Made by a program: the position numbers and the translations under genes
NCBI GenBank assembly: GCA_040357565.1
Contig: JBDODJ010000064.1
Source of the DNA: Cercozoa sp. M6MM
Lineage: Eukaryota > Protista > Endomyxa: Ascetosporea
Strand: one strand, 5' to 3'
Length of the DNA stretch: 61,948 bases
Shown: positions 28,459-40,300 of the stretch, piece by piece
Numbering within the stretch: the stretch's first letter is position 1
How the letters are laid out: each line of letters starts with the position of its first letter
Notes under the pieces: generated by a model
The model's database searches: none
The model's input: only the letters and a program-made list of their open reading frames with translations
Told to the model about the DNA's origin: nothing

Positions 28459-29003
28459 TTTAGTAGTCGAGCCACCGTTAAATGATTAGTACTGCAATTG
28501 ACGTTCGGTTCGGTCCAATAACGACTGGAAGTCGAGTACGCTAACTTAGTTGCCGTGCGGCAGCGCAGTTCAATTGTCGAACTACAATTGATACCCGACC
28601 GAAACGAAAGTACTACGACTTAGGTTACGGCTTACTGTATACGATATTTAAATTTTTAATATAAATTTGCCTGGTCCTGCGCTGACGGGGATATCGATAT
28701 CGATATCGATGGGGTACGTCGAGAAACCGAGATGTTTACAATATTAGAGCTCGCGCTACTCCGTTGATTCGTTTCAGAGTTGTTCAGTTAAGTTTTAAGT
28801 TGATTCCGTGTCGTGGCTGAGGTACTTGACTGCGGGCAGAAAGTCCGAACAGCAGTGTTTTTAACCGTCAAGTATCGAAGTAAATATCGCAATACTTTAA
28901 GAGGTGCGTAACCAGTGCAGGTACACTACAGCATCAAGTCGCATTGTATTGCCTGTACCAGATATTCACTCAGGTAATCTGGAAGTCTTTACAGTTTTTA
29001 ACG

Positions 29004-30939
29004 ATGTGGGCGGGTAATGCGGGCGAGGCGGTTCTTCGCGATCCCTTCGCGGCAGCGCGCAGTATCTACGCCACTCATGCACGAGCATATCTGTCCGCGC
29101 GTATAATGTACGTATATTTTGCTTGGTAGGACTGAAGCCTTCCGTATCAGTATTTTTCTCATTTGCCAGGGCTGTGTTGGACGCAGTGGTGGCAGCCATG
29201 CTGCTGTCAGGTTGCCGTCTTTCGCACTGCACACACGCAACTTGGGTGGACACACTGCTGGGCACACTATTGAGCGTAAACGTGCTGTTGTTTTCTACCC
29301 TGTCGGCGCCGTGTATGCAGCACACGCTGCGGACACTGCGCACGGTCGAGCACATGCAAGCTCGCGCCGACGCGTTGCACACGCTGCTTTCGCTCACTTC
29401 GTATCATTGTCTCATTTTGTCTGTATTTTTCTTTGACTGAAATAGAACGAATGTCGACTGTGTTGACGCTGATACAGCGGAGTGCAAGGCAACAAGCTGC
29501 GGCAGGCGTCGAAACTCGCGGCAATGCAGCGCATTGTGCTGCTCGTCATGTCGTATTTCGCTCTTCACTTTGCTGCACCGACTGAGGTGGGAGACACCTT
29601 CAACTTTTGATACATAAATGACACACCGTAAGCACTTGAACTTAGGGCGACACCAAGACTGTTGACCCACTGTCGTTTGTGGATACTGCGCTCCTCCGAA
29701 CTACGCCAGTGTACCTGTGTATTGGGACGATTCTGGTAACCCCTTTTGGTCGTGCTTCAGGCTACTAAATTAAAGCACTCTGTGTCCACAGGCAGGGGCA
29801 GGTGTGCCACTAATGTACGCGGTGTACGGCGTCATTGGAGGTGGTCTTTTGTCCGTCATCTGGTCGCTTTCTCCCTACGCCGATGCAAGTAAACTGACAC
29901 TGCGACTTTCAGTTTTCGTATTTAAACAGGTCTGGGTGTACTGTGTTTTCGATTGACTATACTTTGAGTTGGTAGTGCCGAGTTTCGTATCGAACACGCT
30001 GAAAGAGGTTAGACAGTTCGTGCAGAATGATGCCATTCAGTCACGTAAAAGGAGTTCCAACTCAGCTATCCAATGAGTACTCTTGTTTGAGAACCTCTAG
30101 ATTGGTTGTGTCCGGTCAGCTCTCGGGATGTCGGGTGCCTCTTTGGTGCTGCTGATCGCTGTCGTGCGCAATTTCGTTTTGGTTGTTCTGCTGGTACAGC
30201 AGTTTTACATAACTTACATTTCATTGCTTTGTTGGTTGAAACACCCCCCCCCCCCCCAGATACAAGCAAACACTGACATTTGGAATCTGTGGAGCTCCGT
30301 GATGCGTCGACCCGCACAGTCGCTCGAGGTTGATTTTCTTAGTGTTTGTCATTGAAAACTGATAAAATTGACTCCGGTCTGTTGAAAGCAGCGAATTAAA
30401 CGGTCGCTCAAACAGCACGGAACAGAAGTCGTTCTGTCCTCCGACTTCGTTCTCAAGTGCTTCATGCGTATTCTGGAGTACTTCTCTTTTGCAGTTCTAC
30501 GCTGTATTCAGACCAAATTTACAAGGCTATAATCCGCGTCACTTTTAGTACTACGGAGGACTGCGCTATCTGCCTGCAAAAGTGGCGACCATACGATGTG
30601 CGTATCTGAATGTTAAAGCACCCTTGGGGGGATGTGTAACTGAATATCTAAAGCAGAAAGTGCAAGTACTTCCGTGTGCTCACGCGTTCCACAGCACGTG
30701 CATTCTCAGGTACAGTCTCGGTACTGTAAAATATTGCCTCCTGCCTGTCAACTGAGTGAGACTCCCCCAGGTGGCTCAAGCGGCGTCCGCAGTGTCCGCT
30801 GTGCCTGCACATGGTGGCACACGCCGCTCCGACTGCTCGCTCGCAGTCACAGCTGCTGGTGTTGCGTGCGAATGTCGGTCATGATGCCCGCACAGACACC
30901 AATCGCAGCAGTAACGACAGGGGTAATCATTCAGACTAA
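29004..30939 (+). CDS. Multi-pass membrane RING-H2 E3 ubiquitin ligase (TRC8/RNF145/Hrd1-like architecture); start codon uncertain
   Basis: Several hydrophobic exons, then spliced EDCAICLQKWRPYD-KVQVLPCAHAFHSTCILR-WLKRRPQCPLC (C3H2C3); stop TAA 30937-30939. Confidence 0.8.
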
Positions 30940-31405
30940 CGACAGCCGCACCATCTGGAATAATTTACTGTTTACAGTTAAATTCAGGCTGACGCTAACC
31001 GACGCGAACTGACTAATAGAAATTCACCAAAACAGTTGGCGTAAACACTCTGCGTGTCTGCTGCAGTGCGTGCCACTAGTAAGGTCCGTCGAGCTGTGTT
31101 CAGTTGGTATACTGCTGCCACGTTGCCGTGCGATGCGTTACGTTAACCGACGTGAACTTAGTCAACCGGACATCGCATCGCCGTTCTGAGTTCTGACGGA
31201 CGAAAATCGGCTGGTTAGTTCTGTATACTAAGAAACCAACGATGTAGTCCCCCTGTACCAGTCCTGGGGTGTGTCTGACCCCCTGGTGGTGGTGCCCCCC
31301 CCCTTTTAAGATTCCCCAGGACATCTTCAAGGTTACTAGTCACTTGGTACAGACGGGAGTCGTTATATACGTAACATACGAGATCACTCACTGGGCGGGG
31401 GGACG

Positions 31406-32150
31406 CCCCGACGAGGCTAACTCATTAATTCGATTAATGCGATGGCGATAGTTAGTTAGTTCAGTCTTCTAAGAACGTTGAAGCTTGGCGACACGAAGCC
31501 GTCAAACGTGCGTCATTGGGGTGCGAGGTCGTAGTGTCCACGCAGACTCCCTTGGCGTCAACGTTCGCCCTGCAGCAGTCTCGTCTCAGTCCTGGTTGGC
31601 GTCCAGCGACCCTCCGCGTCAAAGTCTCGGGCGTCACACAGTGGCAGACTGACGTCGACAGCGACGATCGATACGTCATGGTTGCTACAAGATCGCGGAG
31701 ACGGCGACGGCGGCACACGGCACGACGTCGTCTGGAAGTCGGCGTTCAAGCGCCGACGTAGCACACCTTTAGCCGGGCGGCGACGGCGGCGGACGACTTG
31801 CGTCCAACGGAGTGAGTCACATCGCCCACTTGCCTCTTGGGGCAACTCACTCCACAACACAACACGCATTGCCACTACGCAACACGCGCTGGTTGTTCAC
31901 ACACTTCCTGCGCTGTGCGCATGGCATACGCCAAAACACACACGGGTGACACTGGATCTCAGCCAAGTGTGGGCCCGCGCAAAAAGTGTGGGGGGCTTCC
32001 AAGCCACCCTTAGTGCACCCTGGCCGAGGCCGGTGTACTATATGCACACACTGGAATACACTTAGAGCAGCTAAGACAAAAGAAAACCCGCTAATGCGAT
32101 GGCGATAACCGATGGAGATTGCGTTAACTAATGAGTTGGCCTCGTCGGGG
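31406..32150. mobile_element. Candidate non-autonomous TIR element (MITE-like), 745 bp
   Basis: 25-nt inverted repeats 31406-31430 and 32126-32150 (23/25 match); ACG on both outer flanks (31403-05, 32151-53); subterminal 16-nt direct repeat TAATGCGATGGCGATA at 31435-31450 and 32092-32107; no transposase ORF. Confidence 0.45.
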
Positions 32151-32257
32151 ACGCGACGTCGACCTAAGCGAAGTAAGTACGCTACGCTGCAGTTTACGCG
32201 TCGCTACAATAACAAATGAACTGGCACGAGTCGCCTACGCTAACAAGAGCGCTGTGT

Positions 32258-35200
32258 CTACTTTTTCCGGCGGTGCCGCCTGCGACGCTTACGTCTGCCG
32301 ACCTGCACACAAGCACCAAGGAGGGGGGGGGGGGGGCAAGGGGGTAACGAGGGAGTGTGTAAATTGGATAAAGCTACCGACGTGGACCGACGCGGACGCG
32401 ATTTCGGTTCGGAGTTCTCGGCGGCCTGTGCGGGTCAAAAAGCGCGAGGGGAGGGGTTTAAACATCCGCGCGGAAGGGATACGGGACAGAAACGTACGAA
32501 CATGGAAACAGTGACAGTCGGCGGCGTCACGTCGTTGGCAGTAGCAGGCACATGCGCAGTGTCACCGGGTGCACCCGTCCCTACGCTGCTGTTGCTGTCA
32601 TCATCGATGGCATCAGTGACGCCGTCAGTGACACCGTCAGTGGCATCAGCAGCGACGGTGGCGGCGGAATCATCGATGACGTCGACACCAGCGTCAGTGT
32701 CGGCAGCAGGCTCCGCGCGGACGGCGTCAGCGCTCTCCTCGGCGTGGACGGCGTCGGCGCTCTCCTCCGCGTGGACCGTGCAGATCGGGTCTTCCGCGCG
32801 GACAGGATCACCGACCTCGTCCTCCGCGCGGACCTCAACGACTTCGCCAGCAGCTTCGTCCGCGCTGGCAACGTCGACAGGCTCCTCCGCGCGGATAGCT
32901 TCGGCCAGCTCTTCCGCGCGGACGTGAACAGAGTCTTCCGCGCGGACAGCATCAACGGTCTCCTCCACGCGGACGGCAACAGTATCTCCCGAAAGGTCAG
33001 CACCAACAATCTCCTCCTCCGCGCGGACAACATCAATGGTCTCCTCCTCCGCGTGGACAGGCTCGACAGGCTCTTCCGCGCGGACTTCAACAGAGTCTTC
33101 CGCGCTGACCTCAGCTGTCTCCTCCGCGCGGACGACGACAGCTTCCTCCGCGCGGACGGCATCAGAAGTCTCTTCCGCGCGAACGGCATCAGAAGTCTCT
33201 TCCGCGCGAACGGCATCAGAAATCTCTTCCGCGCGGACGGCATCAGAAATCTCTTCCGCGCGGACGGCATCAGAAGTCTCTTCCGCGCGGACAGCATCAA
33301 TTTCGCCAGCAGCAGCGCAATCAGCTGCCTCAGTGACAACGGTGTCATCGGAGCGACTCCTGTCGCCATCCCTCTCATCCGCGCGGACACTGACCTCCCG
33401 ATCATCACCGGCACCAACACTGACGGTAGCACTGACGGTTTTTTCGGCATCAGCGGCGGCTTTTTCGGCGGCGGCGCTGAGTTCGCGAATGCGCTGCTCC
33501 AGAAAGTGCACGCGGTCCTGCAGCGTCTGCCGCTCCTGCGCGCGCGGGGGGGGGGGGGGGNNNNNNNNNNNNNNNNNNNNNNNNNNNNNNNNNNNNNNNN
33601 NNNNNNNNNNNNNNNNNNNNNNNNNNNNNNNNNNNNNNNNNNNNNNNNNNNNNNNNNNNNGGGGTAAATCTACCCGACGACGCGGTGTACTCAACGAGTC
33701 GCGACTGCGTTTGCTGCAGCGGGGGGGGGGGGGTAAAAGGGTAAGAGGGGGGTAAAGCAGAACTACTCCTCGTCGTCGTCGTCGTTGGTGGAAACTGAAA
33801 CACTCTCATCGAAATCGTCGGCCGACGCGTCCACACCAAGCTCTGCAGTTTCATTGAGACTTACAGATACTTCCACCTCAACTGAGTCCGTGCAAAAAGT
33901 ACCAGTCGAGGCGACACGGGCCTTCACCAGCAGTCCGACATCGCCGCCGTACTCGAACATGTACACATCGCGTGCTTGCAGTCCCAGCAGCGACAGCGCG
34001 CCCTTAACAACAAAACAACATGCAAAGTAAAATCAAAAGAGAAAAAGAACTTGCAAAACACTCAGAACTTTTCCAGAAACCAAGAACCCATCTGAAGAAC
34101 CCAACTGGGCACACAAAAACACCTTGAAGCGGCCGTCCGACGCTCGAGCGTGCACCAGCACGTCATTGAACAGCAAAAAGCGATACTCCTTGAACTTGCG
34201 TTTCTTGAGCAGCTTGAGCGTTCGTTCGTTGAGAAAACGGCGGCCCAATCGCTCACTAAGCGCTGGCGGCGCCTGAGCAAACACACAAAGGTGGCTACAA
34301 CTGGCCACAGTTTCCAGGTTATTACATTTCGTAGTCGCTCACGTGTCACGAGACGCACAACCTCGAGATCGTCGTGTGCACCTGCAGGCACAGTGTTTGC
34401 TGGCATTTGGACAGGTCGGAAGCTGAGGTTAGGGGCACCCTTGTGTTCGTTAAAGGCTGAGGTGACATCGTAGACATGTTCCCTGGCACGCTGGAGTTCC
34501 TTGTAGCCTGGGTCGGACTCCTGCAGCGGCTTGAGCATCGACTCGAGCAGAATAATGTAGCGCGGCAGTCGCTGCACCGGCTCGATCTGTGCAGAACAAG
34601 CCCTATGTCCCATACCCTACCTTGGGGTACCCCAGTGTACCAGGATATCGCGCAAGTGACGTCGCTGCGGGTCGCTGCACTGCTTGAACTACGACAAGCA
34701 GGACAGATATTCAGGGTACAAACGGACCCCCTTTGACCAGGGCAAATGGACCAAAGATTAGGCGAACGTACCAGCATGACCAGCAACGAGCGGAAGTGCT
34801 TGCTGCGCCGGTGCAGTTTGTCGAGCGTCTTCATCACACTGTCGTAGTTGCCCTATCAACCACCATTCAGTCATTCAAGTGGTCACTCAGGTGGTCACTC
34901 AGGTGTTCAGTCAGCAAAATACGAGAAAGCAAGACGGGAAAAATACCACAAAGTCGCAGTAAACCTTCTCCAGAGTGTCGTCGAAGAACTCGACGAGCGA
35001 CGTGGCCATGGCGCCGAGTTTTCCGCCTACACACACCCTTAATTAAAATCGATGATACATCTGTCCAAATGGACCGTCCAAATCGCGAAAAGAGGGCAGC
35101 GTACCCTCCTGCTCCGAGGCCGAGAAGGTCATGCGCTGCATCAGCGTGTGGTACAGCGTCTCGTGAAGCTCGATCAGCTCGTGAATGCGGAAGAAAATCA

Positions 35201-35611
35201 CGTCCAGCGCGAGCTGCGGCACCAGGTTCGGCTGCGACTTCATTGGCGCATAGTAGTGTCTGCAAACGAACACACAGACGAGTCTCCGCGCGGAAGCTTG
35301 GGAGAAACGCTGAAACGGAAGAGAGTACGCTGTCAGCAGTCGCAGACGCGACAGGAACGTCGACTCAGTGTCGATGAGCTCCTTCAGAAACTGCTCGGCG
35401 TCGTCCAGACGCTGCACGCGGTCGATTTCGGCCTGCGACAGCAGCAGCTCCTCCTCGGGCATCGGTGGTGGCTACACGCACAGACAAAAATGAAAGCGAC
35501 AATGGCGGTGTTTTACTGTAACCCACAGACAAAAATGAAAGCGACAGATACCGGTTGGTCCGGCAATGGCGGATGCAGCACATTATTGCTCCTCTCGCGA
35601 GTCAATGTGAC
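32258..35611 (-). CDS. Dbl-family RhoGEF (DH-PH) with coiled coil, acidic repeat and polybasic C-terminus; 5' end unresolved
   Basis: DH motifs FLKELIDTESTFLSRL, VIFFRIHELIELHETL and IEPVQRLPRYIILLESMLK; PH start GRRFLNERTL...YRFLLFNDVLVHAR; last exons AAENSEPKSRPRRSTS-VGRRKRRRRHRRKK* (TAG at 32258). Confidence 0.88.
32716..33390 (-). repeat. Coding minisatellite, ~24-30-nt unit encoding (D)AVRAEE(T/I)S, more than 20 copies
   Basis: Recurrent cttccgcgcggac / ctccgcgcggac on the + strand; translation AVRAEETSDAVRAEEISDAVRAEE... Confidence 0.93.
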
Positions 35612-36200
35612 CTACAAAACACATGCAAACACGTCTATCAGCTTCACGCCTTCAAACAGCAAGTGTGTTTCACACTTGCCCTCAACGGAGTCGAAGTGGA
35701 GAAACGTTGAGAAAAACGCCGCACAACACGACAGGTGACAGGAGACACCAAAGGACAACCGACAGAACGACCCAACAGAGAACAACCAAAAGAACACAAA
35801 GAACAAACTGCTGGCCGATCAGAGGAAGTCGGAAACGGATGATCAGCAATTACACAAGGAGCTTTGGGCTGCACACGCTTTAGATCGAGTTACCGGTGGC
35901 TGACCGTCCATTGTGAGTCGTGAGTCACTGCACACTCAAGCAATCGACCCAGGGAGGCCCGTACAGTCTAAAGCAAAGATTGCTTCGACGCCTGTCGACG
36001 CAGCCTGGTTCACTAATAATAATACAAAGCACGCGTGTAGACACGCGCAGACCCGCGGAGAGAACTGAGGCTCTTGAGCTTTTTAGGTTGCCCCCTTTAA
36101 ATAAGATTGTGGCGCTGTTTCACTTTTTAGAGATACGTCGTGCACTTGATCGAGTTTAAAGCTTACGATAAACCTTGCCCACGTTATAGGTGCACGCTTG

Positions 36201-36895
36201 ATGGAGAAAACGCGGGACATTGTCGCGGCGAAGCTGCTTTCGCCGACACAGTTGTTCAATTTGGTTGGTTTTCACATGTTGACACAACAGTATTTAACTC
36301 CCATTGACAGGTGTTGACGCAAATAAGAAAATCAAAACAGATCGAAGACGACCATCTCGTGCTGTTGCATCACATCTTTCCGCGCGACTTTCAGAAGGCA
36401 GTATTTTTGACTTTACTCTAAAATTTAGTTTCCAAGCCTTTTATTCAGTTTTTATGTCCTTGTTGCAGTTGCAGATTGGAGAAACAAAAGTGACGAAAGT
36501 GGTTGCGCCGACTGACTCGTTCTTCCGAGTGGCAGGCACGCAGCAGTTCGACTATCTGGTGCGTACTGAGACGCCGTGGTTCTGCACGTGTCGCGCCTTC
36601 AATGACCGTCTTGCTAGTTCAGGTTTAATTTTAATCACTGCAGTGACTTTTTGCTGTGAAACGAAGCTTGTGACACACAGAATCCACGGTGTGCAAGCAC
36701 GTGATTGCGAGTGCAATATTTGATGCCACGGGATCCGTCGAGCAGCAGCACCTGAGCGACGCCGAGTGCGCTCGTCTCTGCGTGGGCCTGCTGTTCGCGC
36801 AGGAGACGGGCGACACCAACCGACAGTTCACTCAGCAGCTGGCGTCTTCGCGCGCAGCAGACACCCCCGAGCCCGACCGCTTTGTGTTTGGGTGA
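36201..36895 (+). CDS. ZSWIM7: SWIM zinc-finger protein ZSWIM7/SWS1 (Shu complex, homologous recombination)
   Basis: Small protein with FFRVAGTQQFDYLV...WFCTCRAF...VCKHVIASAI...QQHLSDAE: CxC...CxH SWIM motif in ZSWIM7-like context. Confidence 0.82.
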
Positions 36896-36949
36896 TTCGT
36901 TTCACTCGGTGAACTTGATTTAATCGCGCATTACTAATTGTTACCGTAC

Positions 36950-37311
36950 AGACTGACTCAGATTATGCAGTCTCCGCGGGGATAAACCCAGACAGACCAG
37001 TTGGTCTCCCATCATTGAAGTAAAAGAGAAAGAAGAGTTAAGAGTTTGTGGCTCTGCGATTGAGCCTGCCAGTTGGCAAAGAGAAAACCTCATCTACTTG
37101 GCATCAGCTGAGAGAAGGGGTTTTTTCTTTAATCTTCTCACGATTTCCCCGTGACGGAAGTTTCCGTCTACAACTCCGTCTAGTTTGACGTAAGAACCCA
37201 GTTGGGGTAATTCTTCTTTTCGCTTCTGCTACCTGAATCATTGATTCCCTCGCTTCATCTAATTGACGACTTACTTCTTTTATTTAGTTCTTTTCACTGA
37301 CAACCGTCAGT
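36950..37311 (+). ncRNA. Candidate structured RNA element (ZSWIM7 3' UTR or independent ncRNA) with repeated AGUU-loop hairpins
   Basis: Five AGTT-containing hairpins plus 13- and 14-bp helices whose non-Watson-Crick positions are G-U wobbles on the + strand; see findings. Confidence 0.45.
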
Positions 37312-37352
37312 AACATAATAATCTCGCTGTTGTTCGCGATCGGGGAACATAA

Positions 37353-40300
37353 TTACAACTGCGCAAAGAGCGTGGCAAACACGCCGAGCGCAGCGTGCTG
37401 CAGCGCATCGAAGACGAAGCGCGGCGCAAAGACGTCCCACACCATGAGATGTCGTCGCTGATGCCAGGCCACCCAGGCGGCAAAGGCGACGCGCAGCACC
37501 GAGAGCGACAGCTGGAGTCGCAGCAGTTGTTTCGGACAGTATCGCGTCAGACGTGCCACCAGAGCAGTCAGCAGCACCTGCAGCAGCACGCCCGTCACTG
37601 TGGACAGCGCCAGCAGCGAACCGGCCAGGTAGAACTGGAAGGAGGCCGACAGCAGGAAGGCACTCGAAACGTGCAAGGATGCGAACGAGGCCGCCGAGTG
37701 ACCGGTGGCGTAGAATAGAACCGAGCCCAGGTGCCACAGGATCACTGACAAGGCGACTGCGTCCAGCGACTCGTGCAGGCACGACAACACACACGCGAGT
37801 GTCACTGCGGCCACACACAGCAGTGGCATGTGCACGCCATGCAGTGCACACAGGACAGGCACCACACACAGTAGCCAAGACACCACTCGCTGCACACGGT
37901 GCTCTTGCTCCTGCGTCGCGCCTGGGGAGGGGGGTACATGTCAAGAGGTACACTTACACGCTTGACACAGAGCACAAGGGTACCGCCACTCAGAGCGACA
38001 TAGCCGTGTTTCGCACGTGTCTCTTGACGAATCAAAAAGACGGCATACACCGTTGTCACCACGAACAGCAACCGTACCGGCAAGTACATGGCACTGTCCC
38101 CCAAACCGTCCGCTGATCCATCGCCCAAACCGTCCGCTGATCCGTCCCTCAAACCGTCCCCGAAACCGGCATGCTGAGTCGAGCTGCGTCGGTGCCAGTG
38201 CCACAGCAGCAGCAGCGACGTGACGACGCTGAAGCACGCGTTTCGCCACTCCCAGCGACGGTTTCGCCAGTCGCATAGACGGTTCAGTCCGCGCGGAAGC
38301 AGTGCCAGTCCCGGCAGCGCCAACAGCAGCGACGGCGCCGCCGCGAGCACGTGCCACACGCCGCTGCCGTGTGTGTCGAGCGACGAGTCTGGACCCGAGA
38401 AACCGTCGCCGAAACCGATGGTTCTGAGTGCAACGGCCCCGATGATCCAAAGGACGGTGTTGCTGATGCCACTGCGACGGTTTAGCAGCACTTGATCCGA
38501 CGACGGTTCAGCCGTGAGTGCCGTCAAGGTCAGTGCGAACTGTGCGAGCACGTGCGATACCGGCACGGCCACCAGAGTGATCGAGTTGCCCAGCTGATTG
38601 GCCACGTGCCACACCGTCACGACAAGCAGCAGAACCGTCACTGGCCGGTCGCGTAGCCAGTCAGAAACCGTCGATGTCACTGTTGATGTCATTGCTGACA
38701 GTTTCGGTATCAATTTCAACAGTGTCGCCGACGGTTTCGATAGCTGCGACACCGACACGACGGTGGCGACTGTCAGTGCCAGCAGGAGCGACGTCGCCAG
38801 TGGCACTGTTACCAGCAGCAACGCCGCCGCTGTCGCCGCTGCTGCAGAGACGGCGTGCCACGTGACACGAGTCGCCAGTGGCACTGACACCAGCAGGAAC
38901 AGCACACCGCCGTACACTGCCAGCGGATCGAACGTGCTCCACTTTTGCCGACACTCTTGCAGCAGTGTGCGCGCACTCGCCACTGCATCCGAGAACGCCT
39001 CGCGCAGCAGTGTCTAGAGACACAGTCATTTTTTCAAATACCAATTGAGCCTGTTTTTTAAAAACCACGACTGCACCAGTTTGGTTTCATCACATGCGAG
39101 CGACTGAGCCTGCTGAAGCTTCTCAAACACGCGATGCGCTTCTTCCTGCAGGAAAAAACGATAAAGTCAAAGAAAACCGAGAAAAAGAAAAAAGAAAATG
39201 TTACAAAGTGATGAGCAAAGAAGGCCGCGCCGAAACTCTTGCTAACGCTGTCATAGGTCAGCAGATAGCGCCAAAACTGCGCCAGATGCGTTGCTTGAAA
39301 CTGAACGAGTTTTTGCCAGTTTTCGCAGGTTGAAATCCCGTTGTTGGCGACGTGTGAAAGTGCGACGTCGGGGATCAGCGTTCCCACGCCACCGAATGGC
39401 ACCGGCACATTCAGCAACGTGGCAAGTGTCGTTGTCAGGTCGACTTGCATGACAAGCTCGTCGTGCCGATCATTTTGATCGAAGCGATTGGCAGAGGGAG
39501 CTATCACCACAAGCGCTGCATCGGTCTCGTCGATGGAGGCGCCACCGTGGTTGCCTTCCGAGGTCATGCCATGGTCGCCTGTGATCACAGACAAAATAAA
39601 TCTAGTTGACAAAAAGAAGTAAAGTTGTAAGGCAGGTTCAATGCTTTCATTTTAACGCACCAGCAACGAAAATCCATGTGCGCTTTCCATCAGCCTACTC
39701 AGCAGGATACAGTTCGAACAGCATTCAGGGTGAATCAAACTCACTTGGTCCAAAAGTTCGACGTGTCTTTTGAGAAGTGCAATTTCCGCATCAACCTGAC
39801 GCAACTTGCGTCGCATTGTCGGATGCTCTGGTCGAAAGCGGTGTCCCTAAAGCAAGAGCATTCAACTGCAACATAGAAATACACTTTGGAAGGAATACCA
39901 CATGATCGACACCGAGCACATGTGCGACATAGAAGTCAAAATCCTCGATTTGCTCCTTAAGTTCGATCTGTTTGCGCAGCCTGTTGAACAGAATCTCCGT
40001 CACCCCTCGATCCACCGAGTCCTAAACTCACATACAAGCAGAAATTAGACCAAAATTGGAGAATTATTGTTTCACTGTACCAGATCATAGACGTCAAAGC
40101 TGTCAAAAGCGTCGTTCTTTGCAAATTCAGTCGGAAACAACGACATCCTGAAAATGATCGTTATTGGCTTTCAGACAATGATAGAACTGTAGGGGAAGAA
40201 ACCATGTGTCATCGCCAGCAAATTCTGCTTTCTTGCCTGCAGAAAATGACAATCCTCGAGCCAAGTTTGATTAAAATTAATTTGAAAAAGTACCCGCTCG

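Noticed and set aside
32355-33755. Long overlapping ORFs on the + strand and in the alternative minus frame (371, 289, 239, 190 aa)
   Set aside because: Shadow ORFs caused by the stop-free GC-rich coding minisatellite of the RhoGEF.
35479-35546. 23-nt direct repeat in a RhoGEF intron; also 24-nt repeats in PIGO (~38095-38168)
   Set aside because: Ordinary local slippage duplications with no further structure.
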